Of a stretch of DNA of 64,000 bases, positions 14,134-26,599 are shown piece by piece; position 1 is the first letter of the stretch; every line of letters begins with the position of its first letter. The notes under the pieces are model-generated. The model made no database searches. It was not told where the DNA came from and saw only the letters and a list, made by a program, of their open reading frames with translations. Location of the stretch: contig JAQFVV010000007.1 of NCBI GenBank assembly GCA_028023455.1, forward strand, positions 12,276,001-12,340,000, given 5' to 3'. The stretch comes from Epiperipatus broadwayi (lineage: Eukaryota; Animalia; Onychophora). The position numbers were made by a program, and so were the translations under genes.

Positions 14134-16667
14134 CAGGGGTGCCCAACCCATAGCTCGCGAGTCACATGTGTGTCACACAACCATTTAATGTGGCTCGCAT
14201 TGCACTCTTCAAATTGATAAAATATTTTATATATCTTGATGCCATATGCACACACTAAAAAATAAACATTTTTACAATACAAATGATAATGGGAATGAAA
14301 CAAATCAGATGATTCATAACAGTGTCCAATGAAAGAAGTGTATTTGAAATACACGAATTTCATTGGTTTCATTTTCCATTCTCGAATTGTGCAGTCAACA
14401 CGCTACTTTACAGCGCTACCGTCAATTGTTTGCTATAGTTTGCATGAAACACAAGAGACACAACAGTGAACACAGAACAAATTTCGAAGTTGTTAGCAAA
14501 GTAAGTATTTCGTGTCTCACACTGGCATAAAAAATAGTCGCTTCTTCTAAATTTTATAATTCTATCTTTTTTATCTCCATAATCATGTCAATATATGAGC
14601 CGGAAAAAAAGAAAAAACGTACCTACAATTACATTTTCAATGACGAGTGGGAAGAGAAATATTTTTTCATAAACTTTAAGAATAAATGTATTTGTTTAAT
14701 ATGCGGATCAACGGTTTCTGTTGGGAAAAAAAGCAACATTGAACGACATTTTAAAACTCTTCATAATAAATATGATACTGATTATCCTTCAGACAGCAAT
14801 CTAAGAAAATGTAAAGTGAAAGAACTGAAAAACACATTAGTTGCCCAACAATCAATGTTTACCAAGTCTGCAAATAAAATGAAGGTTGCAACAGTAGCAT
14901 CATTTAAGATTGCACATATACTTGCAATTCATAAAAAGCCCTTTGATGATGGCAAGATAATAAAAGAAGCAATGCTTGCTGCATTGGAGATTTTATTTCA
15001 AGAAGCCAAAAATAAAAATGAAATTTTGTCAGCTTTTCAGGACATCCAATTATCCAGAAATTCTATCACTCGTAAAGTAGAAGCTATGTCTCAAAATGTC
15101 AAAGAACAAGTAAAAACTGATTTACAAAAATGTGTTTTCTTAAGTTTACAATGCGATGAATCAACAGATATCTGCAATGTAGCTCAAGTAAATATTTTTA
15201 TAAGGATGGTCTTTTATAATTGCTCAGTGAAAGAAGATCTATTATCAGTTTTGCCATTAAAAGGTAATACATGCGGAGTGGACATATATCAAGTTATAAA
15301 AAATCATTTAACTGAAATTAAATTTCCACTTCAAAAACTTGTGTCCATAACAACAGACGGAGCACCTGCCATGATTGGTTCTGGTGTTGGTTTCATCACA
15401 TTTTGTAAGAATGATGCTGAATTTCCAAACTTTTTTACTTACCATTGCATCATACATCAACAGGCATTATGTACAAAAGTTTTACGTTATGAACATACAA
15501 TGAAAATTATTTTGAAAATTGTAAATTCCATTTGTGCCAGACCACTTCAGAGTAGATTGTTCAAAATACTGACTGATGAACTTGATGCTGAGTATGGAAC
15601 TTTGTTGTTACACTCGGAAGTTGGATGGCTTAGTAAGGGAAAAGTTCTACAACACTTTTTAGATCTTCTTCCAGAAATAAAACAGTTTTTAGAATTCAGA
15701 AACGAAACTTATGAAGAACTTGATAATCATAGCTGGTTATCTGATTTAGCGTTTCTTACAGACATAACAACAAAAGTGAACAAACTGAATCTTGAACTTC
15801 AGGGTAAAGAAAAAACTATTATTGAATTAATTGGAAGTATCAACGCTTTTAAATCAAAACTAAATTTGTGGATATCCCAAATAGAGGAATGTAACTTTTG
15901 CCACTTTACAAATTTGGAAAATTACACAAAGAAATATAAGGACATTGACACAATGAGATATTCAGAAAATCTCGTCGAGCTTAAAAATAATTTCGAAATT
16001 AGATTTTCTGATTTTCATAAAATTCAGACCATTGCTTCATTCATTTCAAATCCATTTGTTGATACTAATATTTCTGAAATGTCACAACAAATTGCAAACA
16101 TGTTAAATAAAAATTCTACTGATCTGGAAATAGAAATAATCGATTTTCAATCTGATTTACAATTAAAAACAAGAATATTACAAACAGACTTTTGGGTACT
16201 TGTAGGTGAGAAAAAATATCCACTTTAAAAAAAAAACTTTTCAAAGGCTAAACTCCTGCTTTGGATCAACTTACCTTTGTGAAAGTGGTTTCTCAACAAT
16301 GAATTTGTTAAAATCAAAGTTCCGCTCCAGGATAACAAATGAACATCTGAATGACTGCATGAATTTAGCCATAACATCATATATACCAGAATACAATAAA
16401 CTCGCAGGTGATATGCAGTGTCAGGTTTCACATTAAATAAAATAATTAAAATATACTTATGTATGTTACCACATTTTTAATAAATAAATATAAATAAAAT
16501 GTATTTACATTTTTTTTCTTTTTAGCATATTACACCAGTTTTTTTTTTTTTAATTTGTGAATTATGTTTATAAATGTAATATGAAAAATGCAATATATAA
16601 TTGTGGCTCCCCAAATTTTTTTAAATTCTCAACTGGCTCCCGTCAAGTCAAAGGTTGGGCATCACTG
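14134..16667 (+). mobile_element. hAT DNA transposon (Charlie/Buster/SPIN-type), full length, 2534 bp
   Basis: Imperfect 15-bp TIRs CAGGGGTGCCCAACC and GGTTGGGCATCACTG. Exact 8-bp TSD CCCTAGAT at 14126-14133 and 16668-16675. Encloses a transposase ORF. Confidence 0.97.
14585..16436 (+). CDS. hAT transposase (GTF2IRD2/SPIN-like), ~615 aa, with one frameshift at ~16226
   Basis: BED-like finger CLIC...RHFKTLH, CDEST (D1), TTDGAP (D2), CIIHQQALC, HSEVGWLSKG, and FGSTYLCE (E) in the second frame (ORF 16206-16436). Confidence 0.95.
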
Positions 16668-17488
16668 CCCTAGATCATATGATTTAATGCAACTTTTTAA
16701 CAGCAAACTCTAAAGCCTTTGAGACTGAATTGAAAACATTATTGGGATTTCATCGTAAACTCAAAAGTTTATAGTTTACTAATAAGGTAAAAGGTGGCTG
16801 CTGGAGGGTTACTGTGAATCCTAAGATCTAGATGCAATGCTCTCAGATACAAGCTCTTTTTTCTTGAAAGCCACAAGCTAGAAACTAGTTTGGGGATATT
16901 GGCTGAGTGGGCACAAATCTTCCTGCAAACATAAATTACTCTGGTTTGCATGGAGTAGCATTATTGTATTGTGAGTTTTTTCTCTGTGATTAAAATAAAA
17001 ATGTATATGTGTATTATTTTTGTTTTAAGTAATTATGAATCAAATACCGTAAAAATAATCAGAAATATTTAATAAACAAAGAAAAAAGCAATTTTTTTAT
17101 TCCAAAAATTTTGCATGAAAATATTACTGTAATTAAGGAATGCCTTTATTATAAACCAGGGTGAAATCCATTGCATACCGGAAATAAATATAGCCTCTTT
17201 CTTTTACATAGTTATGTCAATGTATTATATATAGGGATTTCACCCTTGTTTAAAATACTTGCTATAACTATTACACAATATATATATTTATATGTGGGGG
17301 CGCAAGTGCAAGCGGTCATTTTGCGTTTGCTTAGAGATGTTGCAAAGACAGGGGATGAACAAATGATTTAATAGTGTTAAGCTAATATACCAAAAGCGGT
17401 AATTACGTACATAATGTTGAAATAAGATTTTTTTTTTACTTTCTACAATAAAGGCTTTATTCATACCTGCACTTACATATGTAATATA

Positions 17489-17800
17489 TAGGGGGTTTGA
17501 ACGCAGACTTTCACACTACTCTTAACTATCCATGCTATCTCATACAACTGATACACTTGATCATACACATGTCGAAAAGATAAATAATCACCAATATAGT
17601 ATTTCGTGCTTAACCAACACTCGTCAGTTGGTCCAGATTGTCATCTCCACACATATATACAATTAAAGTTCAGCTTATATTAAGATAGCCAATCTTCATA
17701 CTTTAATGGGCAGGCTTCAAACTACTCCAGCCCACAACTCTTCAGTCGTCCATTTCATTGGAAAATGTATTTGATGATATTGATATGTTGATGACCATCT
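17489..17800 (-). mobile_element. Repeat family R2 copy (least diverged, CpGs retained)
   Basis: Terminus TATA|GGGGGTTTGAACGCAGACTTTCAC. Similar to four other loci. Carries an intact hammerhead core. Confidence 0.85.
17586..17639 (-). ncRNA. Minimal type I hammerhead ribozyme (R2 family)
   Basis: Minus strand reads AATC-TGG-ACCAA CTGACGA GTGTT-GGTTA-AGCAC GAAA TACTAT A TTGGT-GATT. Core CUGANGA and GAAA are present, stem II pairs, stem III is minimal, the triplet is AUA, and stem I is ACCAA/TTGGT plus AATC/GATT. Confidence 0.75.
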
Positions 17801-20095
17801 TGATTTTTTTTTTTTTTTGCAAATTTAGTTGAGATAGGTAAAAGTTGTGAAATATATTTTTTTTATTCCATCCACTTTTTAAAAATATTTTTGTTTCATT
17901 TTATTTTTTAATCACCTTTTTTTTTATATAAAAAAAATGTCAATTGAAATTTGATTGGCCATGGTTGTCAGTTTATTATTTACCTTTCAATTTGCATTGA
18001 AATTAGCAGATCTATTTGCATTCCCATTTACTAAAATCACTACGTAATATTTAGTGAAAAAGTATTTTCTTTTTAGAAATGTTTTACATGCCTTAATGGT
18101 TTCGTAGCATTCGAGACCTACAAACAAGCTATACAACTGCAACAAAATTTAAATGAAAAAGAATTCAAACCGAAATGTTTGTAAAATGTAGAAAAGAAAA
18201 GAAAATAATGATTAGAAAACACATTTTGTTTTAAATGATCTTAATTGTTGTTGATTTAAGAAAATTTGTTGACTGTGGCGAATTTTAACTTTGACTGAAA
18301 TCGCTAACTCTCTTACTTCCAGTTAATTAACTCCTTTTAGAAATGTTAATCGGATTAAATTATTTTTTTATTATTTTGATTTAAATATTCACAACCATAT
18401 CTTTGAGTGGATTAATTTAATTTTATTTTCATTTTAATCACAGCTATAAATTTAATTAAATAAACAAACAACTTTGTAAATTAGGATTGTAAAAAAAAAA
18501 AATGATTATATTTTTTTACAGAAGACGATTTGGCAAAATTTATATACCTATGTATAAATATTAAAGAAAGATTAAAATATGTAGTATGATTTGGATAAGA
18601 AAATTATTGAAGATATAACATATTAAAAGTTCCGAATAAACTCTAAAATAACTATCCTAAAATAAATTGACAATGATAGTGTTGCTATTAGTAATAATAA
18701 TTGAAATGCTTCGTTGCTAGAGTTCTTAAAGCGTTTCAGCTCAGAAAATGTCAGAATCTGGCTCTATCCATATTCCTTGAGCTGCAGGGTCTACCACCCT
18801 TCCACTGCACTAAACCATGAATGATATGATATTGATTATCATGTATGTTTATAAGAAATAGTTTACCAAATAGTTTCAATCAGTGAAATATTTGTAAAAA
18901 TCTGTAACACAGTTTTTCAAAGTTTTATTTTTAATGCACCTTTTAATTTCATTCAAATAGGAAAAAAAAAGTATTTTTTATCATTTTTGAAAAAAAGACT
19001 ACTCCTTTGCACAATTTTCACAGCTCTCTCCAAATATTTTTGGTCATTGCTTTAAATTACTTATCAGGTAGCTAGAATTCATCATAGTGTTTCTTGATCT
19101 TAAACTCAGAGTGAAAACCCAATGAATTTGCCACACTGGCTGATATATGTTGGTGATCTGCCCATTTATACTTATTTACCATATGAATAAATGCATAATA
19201 ATAACAGTTGTAACAACAAGCACACATGATGTGGACATGTATACCCTACTTGGTTCCTATTACACTTCAAAGAAGAATCAAAGGATCCCCTTTCAGATAA
19301 CAGCAAACAAGTTTCAGTAGCCAGAATTTTTTTTAAAAAAAAACCTCCATTATAAATTTTTTGTCTACTTCATTCCATAACCTCAACAAATCCCTAATGT
19401 AATGTATTATTTATTTTTACAATAACTTTATTTGTTAAATTATCTGGAAATTAGATAAAGAATTAAGATTCCAAATTGTTGATAAATTACAACTCTTTCT
19501 TTAAGAAATAATATAATGGTGTGGACATATATTATATACTTCTAAGCAATATTATCTGAATTTTTTTTAATATAATTGTGTGTTAAGTCATATGTTTGAA
19601 ATAAAAAAAAATAAGACCATTTAATACTACTTGATTATAATTGATCTTCACATGCAATTATTTGCAATTCTCTTGATGTAGTTTACTTTAGTATCTCAAT
19701 TTTGGAACTACATTATGACTATTAATGAACTGATTCTCAGCTGTGTGGGATTACATATATTTGATAACCCCATCATCACTATCAGCTTCTTTCACTCTCT
19801 TACTGCTATTTTCCTCATCACACACTTATTTCATATGCTGGAAATAAATAGTGATTTATTAGTTCAAAAATAAATTGGAAGATAACAGTATTTTACAAAG
19901 AAATACTATAAATAGGCTGACAGTACTGCAGATTTGGAGATTATTTGAAAAAGCACTGGCAAACTACTTGTAAAATCTTCTTCTTTTGGTATTAACAATA
20001 TGCCAAAAATGTTTATAATTATTTAAAATGAAACATTTTCTTGATAATACTTAGATTTTATTTGAATATATTTTATTTTTAAAATTTCAAAGACA

Positions 20096-23000
20096 ACTCT
20101 CTCATTTTTCTGTTAATATTCTGACATTTTTTTTTGTTCTTACTAGATTTAAGCTTTCAACTTTCATTTTGATATTAAATCATTATTTATCAGAATATAA
20201 TAAATTTGACTTTGTTCGATGGATATTTTTGTTTAGAAATGGAATAAATTTTAAAAAGTCACATTTGATTTTCAGAATTATTTTAAAAATTAGATTTTAA
20301 TCAAAACAAAATACTGTCATGTTATCAAATTTTAGGTGGAGCTGATTCAATTTGCAAAATGAATGAAACATTTTTTGTTTGATGTTTGTTTTAAAAATCT
20401 GAGCAAATTATTTTTAATAACTACGAAATCTATCAATTTATGCTTTAAATGTTTAAATTTTTTTTGTAATTTTTACAATATCACTAAATATTATGACAAA
20501 CTACTGAGTGACCCTATTTCCAGACAGATGGGTTTTCTGTAACTATAATCTCTATAGTTATAATATTCAGAAGAAAATATTCTTTTCTATTTTACAATAA
20601 AACATCTCTGTAAAAAATAAAATATGTAATAACATTTTTTTTTGATTTTTAATGATTATTACACAAGAAGAAAATATTCTTTTATATTTTACAATAAAAT
20701 ATTTCTGTAAAAAATAAATATGTAATAACATTTATTTTTGATTTTTAATAACTATTACACAATTATGATACAAATATAATCAGAAACTTTCCAAAAAAAT
20801 CAAGTTTTTAGCCCATCATAATATTTTCTCAACTATCATAACATTTTCTCAAAATAAACTCACAAGAGTTGAGATTGCAAAATATATAATGGGGACCCAT
20901 CATCCTAGTTGCTTGAAATGCTTTGACAGAGTGCCTATTCAATTTTCCTGCAATATTTGGATTTTTTTGTATTTAAAATATTAGAAAATAAATATACATG
21001 AATTTTAAAGCTATAAAAAATAAAGTTTCACAAATTTTTCACCAGGAAAAAAATGCAAATTTAATTTCTAAAAATCTCAAATGAAGCTTAATCATCTGGA
21101 TAAAAAAATAATTAAGAAAGTCATAGTAACTGTAAAATTGAAACCACAATTGGTAAAGCTTTGTCCAATACTTTAGTATAGAACATTTATGATATTTTAA
21201 TGGTTTAATAGCATAGAATGACACAGCTTTAAATAACTCTCTAATTGCTATTTTTAATGTTCTTTTGTCAATTTTCCATTCATTAAAAAAAAAAAAACCA
21301 ATCTGAATAATCCTGTCATCTTCAGCTTTTTTAGAATTAAAAAAAATCAATAATATATAAATTTAGCACTGTTACAATCATAGGTGCTGATTCATAGTTT
21401 TTTGTTGTCTCATTAAGAAAGTGTCTGCCAATGATTTTGAGTTGTAATTCTTTGTTTTGATTTTGAAAGTAAAAACATATTTTGTATTCTTTTTTTTTAC
21501 ACACTATTTATTTTTTTCATAAAATAATTATGAATTCTTATTCATTTTAGAAAAATAATTTAGATTTTTATATAAAATATTTACTTTTATAAAAAAACAA
21601 ATTGAGAAAGAAATCAATGTTGCACATTTCCAATTTATAATTGGATGAAAAAAGTATATTCTATATTGATTGCTATAAATTATTTTCCTCAATTAGAAAT
21701 ATTTTTTTATTATATTTTCATTTATTTTCATAAACTGATAAATGATTAATTTACATTTTAGAAACTAAACTAAAACAAATATAATTATCAAAGACAAATG
21801 TATTTTTATTGATGATTCTGTAATTGATCCATCAAAAGTTTGGAACTTTATTTCAACCTATAAATATGGTTGTTTACAGTTAATTGATGCAAAAAAGTTT
21901 AATGTGGATAAATGCAATTTTATTTTTTGAACCGAATTTCATAGCTTTATGGAGATTTACTAATAATTGGTTTAGATTTTAAAAATAAATTTCAAATAAC
22001 CAATATTTTTTTTTACTAGCATTGTGGTAATCATCCAATAAAAAAAGTTATTGTTCCCTTTATACATTATTATTTTTCTATATTTTCAAAGTTCAAGTAT
22101 GATTTTAAAGATATATTTTATAAGGACACTTATATTTTCAATAAATCAAATATAATTTGATTGCTATTATACAAAAAAAGTTTTAATACTAAAATAAAAT
22201 GTTGAACTAACAATCCAAACTACCACTAGTGGATAATTAAAAAAATCACTTAAACATGAAAGAATTAACTGACCCATTTACTCAAGTGATGGACCCATGT
22301 CTGAAAAATCTAGATATATCAAATTTGCATTTTTGCCCTCTTGTGAGAAATTTTACTATCATTTTTTGCAGCTTTAAAATTTAGGTATAATTTTTTCTAA
22401 TATTTTAATTTTAAAAAAAAATCAAAAGACATCAGGGTAATCAAATAAACTGGAATTAAAGTATCAAGGTATACATTGATGCCTAGTCTTTATATATTAG
22501 TCATTTTTGAACTTTGTGAGTTTACTTTGAAAAAATATTATGATAGTCAAAAAACTTATTTTTTTGGAAACTTTATGATTATTTTTGTGCTGTAATTGTG
22601 TAATAATTATTAAAAATATATATTATTATATATTTATTTTTTACAGAAATGTTGTATTTTTAAATATAAAATAATATATTTTTTTGTAATGTTACCACAG
22701 AGATCATGCTCACAGAACATACAACTGTCTAGAAATCATGTCACTCAACAGCTTGTTATAATATTTAGAGATATTATAAAAATTACAAAAAAAATAAACT
22801 TTTAAATTGATAGAGATATTAGATATTAAAATAATTTGTTTAGATTTTTAAAACAAACATTAGCAAAGAAGATTTTGTTCATTTGATAAATTGAATCTGC
22901 TCCACCTGAAATTTTATGACATGTCAGTATTTTGCTTTGATTAATCTAATTTTTATAATAATTTTAAAAATCATGTGATTTTTTTAAAATTTATTTAATT

Positions 23001-23122
23001 TTAAACAAAAGTACCTATCAAATGAGGTCAATAATAATGGTTTTTATATTGAAGTGGAAGTTGAAAACTTGAATCTAGTGAAAACAAAGAAATCTGTCAG
23101 AATATTAGTGTAATGCAAGAGT
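20096..23122. mobile_element. Old fold-back / long-TIR non-autonomous DNA element (~1-kb diverged inverted arms)
   Basis: 20096-21080 aligns in reverse to ~22290-23122, e.g. TTTTAGGTGGAGCTGATTCAATTT vs AAATTGAATCTGCTCCACCTGAAA and TAATATTCTGACA vs TGTCAGAATATTA. The core resembles 25600-26420. No ORF. Confidence 0.7.
20565..20762. repeat. Tandem duplication, 2 x ~97 bp
   Basis: AGAAGAAAATATTCTTTT...TATTACACA occurs twice head-to-tail. Confidence 0.85.
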
Positions 23123-24330
23123 ATTAATTGAGTACTATGCATATAATCAATAATTTACACATTTAATGGCAGGAAGATATATAATGGTACAAATTTTAAT
23201 TAATTTTTTTTATGTGAGTTCACTTATGCACACATAAAAACACAACTCTCCATATAGAGAATGATAGTGCAATCACCTTCTATTTATCTTCACTCTTTTA
23301 TAGCATTTTATATGACTAGTTTTCTGATTCTGTATTTATTTGATGGCCAAACCAGTTCTAACATACATATTGGTATTAAACATTTCTGAAGATAACATTA
23401 TTATACAGTGAATCTAATATAAATAAATGGACAATGCCATGGATTTATAGATTCAATGTTCTCTGCTGTTGAGAATGTTTGTGAGGGTTTTGAAAGGGAA
23501 TGTTTTTTGTTTAACTCTGAAAACAAATCCATAGTTTATTTATATATTTACAATAGTTTTGGAAAATATTTATGTGAAGATAAAATTATTATTCATAATT
23601 ATACTTACATTTTATTAAAAGCTTTTCATATCTAAAAAGACACAACATAATGGTAAAAAAGAAAATTATTATCGGCCAAACCTTTGCAAAAACTAATAAT
23701 AATATATTTTTGTCATTTTAAAATATTTATAAGTGCAATTTTACACATAATGACTTAATAATAATTTGTTTGAATTTTAGAAATAAAGTTCAAATAACAA
23801 ATATTTTATTGAGTATCATTTTGATTTGCTATATGGTAATCATCCAATAAGAAAAATGCTCTGTTAAGATTGCATGTGTCTTTTCTTCTTTTTTAATATT
23901 TTGCAAAGATGAAATACTATTTTTAAGAATGTTTTCATTTGTAAACCTATATTTCTAATAAATATAGTCTAATATATTAATATACAATATAGAACCCCCC
24001 CCAAAAAAAAAGTCGAACATATAACCAAAGATGTGCTAAGGGATGACAAAAAAAAAACAAGGAAATAAAAAATTCTAACTAAAGTATGTAGATCTAATCA
24101 GTGATCAGAAAATTGAAAACAGCAAAAAGTTTAAAGATGTTAATAAATTATTCACATTTTTTATTGGTACATTGCACATGCTCAAAATAACTCAATGTAT
24201 TTTCATTTCTATGTTTGCCTCCATATTTACATTGTATTGCTATCATTTTCTCTGTTTCAACCTTTTAATTATTTATTATTTTTTCAAAAAAATGGCCAAA
24301 ATTATGCATTATTTTTTTTTTTGTATTTTA

Positions 24331-24333
<3 letters not shown>

Positions 24334-24424
<91 letters not shown>
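24334..24424. repeat. (TA)n microsatellite
   Basis: Seen directly. Similar arrays at ~28310-28380, 40470-40515, 44030-44128, 49290-49365 and 49820-49910. Confidence 0.98.
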
Positions 24425-24427
<3 letters not shown>

Positions 24428-24646
24428 AAATACAATAAAATGTATTATGTAAAATCCTACAAAATATATAGTTGAAAGTACTTCTAAAAATAGTATAATT
24501 TATGTAAATTTTACTGTATTTTAATATATATATATATTGATTTATATATTACATATATTGTGGAATGAATACAGATATCTAACTTAATTTATTGTATATA
24601 TATATATATCTATATCTAACTTAATTTATTGTATATATATATATAT

Positions 24647-25040
24647 CCATTAGAAACCAGTCACCACCTAAGCATACCAATATAGATTGTAATCAATATT
24701 TCTCACTGTTGTCAAGGCAACCTCTCTCCTTTTAATAATAAGAGTGGAAATCCACTCTTACTAATGGTCCAATGAATATATATGGACACTTAAAGATTGC
24801 AACTTGACCACAGAGATTGAAATGTTGATACAATGAAGTTTAAATAAACATCTTTAAACATGAAATAAACATGTCCATGTAATGAAGACTAATAAATAAT
24901 CAATTATAACATTATAAACTGCAATACTTTTAAATTTCTCATGTATTATTTAAATAAATGAAATAATGCTTAAAGCTAAATGGGATAATATGTAACCATT
25001 AGAAACCAGTCACCACCTAAACATACCAATATAGATAATT
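24647..25040. mobile_element. Repeat family R3 (~350-bp unit plus a partial direct repeat of its start)
   Basis: CCATTAGAAACCAGTCACCACCTAA-CATACCAATATAGA occurs at ~24647 and ~24996. Other copies at ~25340-25520, 27432-27790 and 43540-43625. Abuts (TA)n. Confidence 0.75.
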
Positions 25041-26599
25041 GAAAGAAATTGAGATACTGCCAAATCTCTCAGTGCTCATTACAATACTTATCTGACAGCC
25101 AATCAGATGTAAATGATAGCTGTCCAAATAATAACCAAACCTAAACACATGACAAAGATTTTACAACAAAAGGGTGGCCACCCTTTTCTCTACTTTTCTT
25201 TCTTTATATCTAAGCCAGTAGTAAGTATTTAGGTCTGAAATCTTGAAGCCTTAAATATTTTCACAAATAACTCACTGAGTCTAAATTATGAATGTACAAT
25301 GCAAAATCCTATGATTTACTACATAATAGTTTTTAGAATACATAACATACCAATATTTCTCACTGTTGTCAAGGCAACTCTCTCCTTTTAATAATAAGAG
25401 TGGAAATTCACTCTTACTAATGGTCCAATGAAGATATGGATGCTTAAAGATTGCAACTTGAGCATAGAGATTGAAATATTGATACAATGAAGTTTAAATA
25501 AACATCTTTAAACATGAAAGAAATTGCTGACATTTCTGTACAATAACAAGTGCTTTTATCAGTGTTTTTTCTTTTTTAAATCATAAGAATGTGTGTGGGC
25601 TTATGGGAAGCATTCTCTTAATGAATTTTTAATTTTTTTAAAATTCTTTTTTACAATTACATCAAATTTACTATTGAAGTAGAAAATAATAACTGACTTC
25701 CATTCCTAGATGTTTTAACCATAGACCAAAACATAATGAAAATTTTCATTGGTGGCTTAAATTCACTCTAAAATTTCTAATTTTTATGTTATTGTAGCAA
25801 ATTTACAGTCATTTTAAACAGAGAAACTTACCATATGATGCCATCTCTATAATTATTTTCCAAGTAAAAATCAGTAATATTTAAATTTAAAACTATAACA
25901 ATGATATAAAGTGGGATTTTCCAAGGCTCTGATTAGTTGTTTCTCATTTTCAACAAAAAAGAGCACTTATCAACAATTTTGACAGTTTTATGTTCTTTGT
26001 TTTGATTTTCAAAATGAAAATGTATGTTTAAGAATATTTTTCCACATGTATCATTATTTTCATAAAATACATTTGAAAATATAATTATTCTAAAAGAATA
26101 GTTCAGATTTTAATAAAAATTATTTACTTTTACAAGAAAGTAAATTGAAAAAAAAAAAACCAATAACGTAGGCTGAATTTTGTAATAGGTTATGAATTGT
26201 TCATTTTATGTTTTTTGGTATAGATTACTTTTATCAATTATAAATAGAAATTTATTTTTGAAAAAAAAAAACTTCTGTTTGCTTTAATAATCTGTCAAAT
26301 TATTAATTTGCTTTTTACAAAGTAATCTAAACAAATATAATATTAAAAGACAAACATATTTTTACTGCTGATTCTGTAATCAAAAGTTTAGAACTTTAAT
26401 TTACTCAGCCAATAGGTATTTTCAACAAGAAAAAGGTTAATTGAAAGTAAGAAAAAAGATGATTATTTATTTCATGGTATATATAGAAAGTAAACACACA
26501 GTGAGTGATATCTGCATTTATCTTCTCATCACCACCCAGTTATTTTCAATGGCAAAGACATTGTTAGATAAAACTAAGAGACTTTCTGACAACAGCCAT

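Larger units (their letters stand above)
13899..16990 (-). mobile_element. Repeat family R1 fold-back copy, interrupted by the hAT transposon
   Basis: R1 sequence 13899-14133 resumes after the TSD at 16668. Inverted R1 arm at ~16770-16990. Ribozyme-like core CTGATGA..GAAACTAGT on the minus strand at 14063-14104. Confidence 0.8.

Noticed and set aside
18700-18830. GC-elevated block with a possible terminal exon (CSGRVVDPAAQGIWIEPDSDIF*, minus strand)
   Set aside because: Several frames are equally plausible, with no recognisable homology or upstream exon.
24172-24452. ORFs with IYIYIY runs (also 40451, 49163, 49294, 49744, 49762)
   Set aside because: Translations of (TA)n microsatellites.
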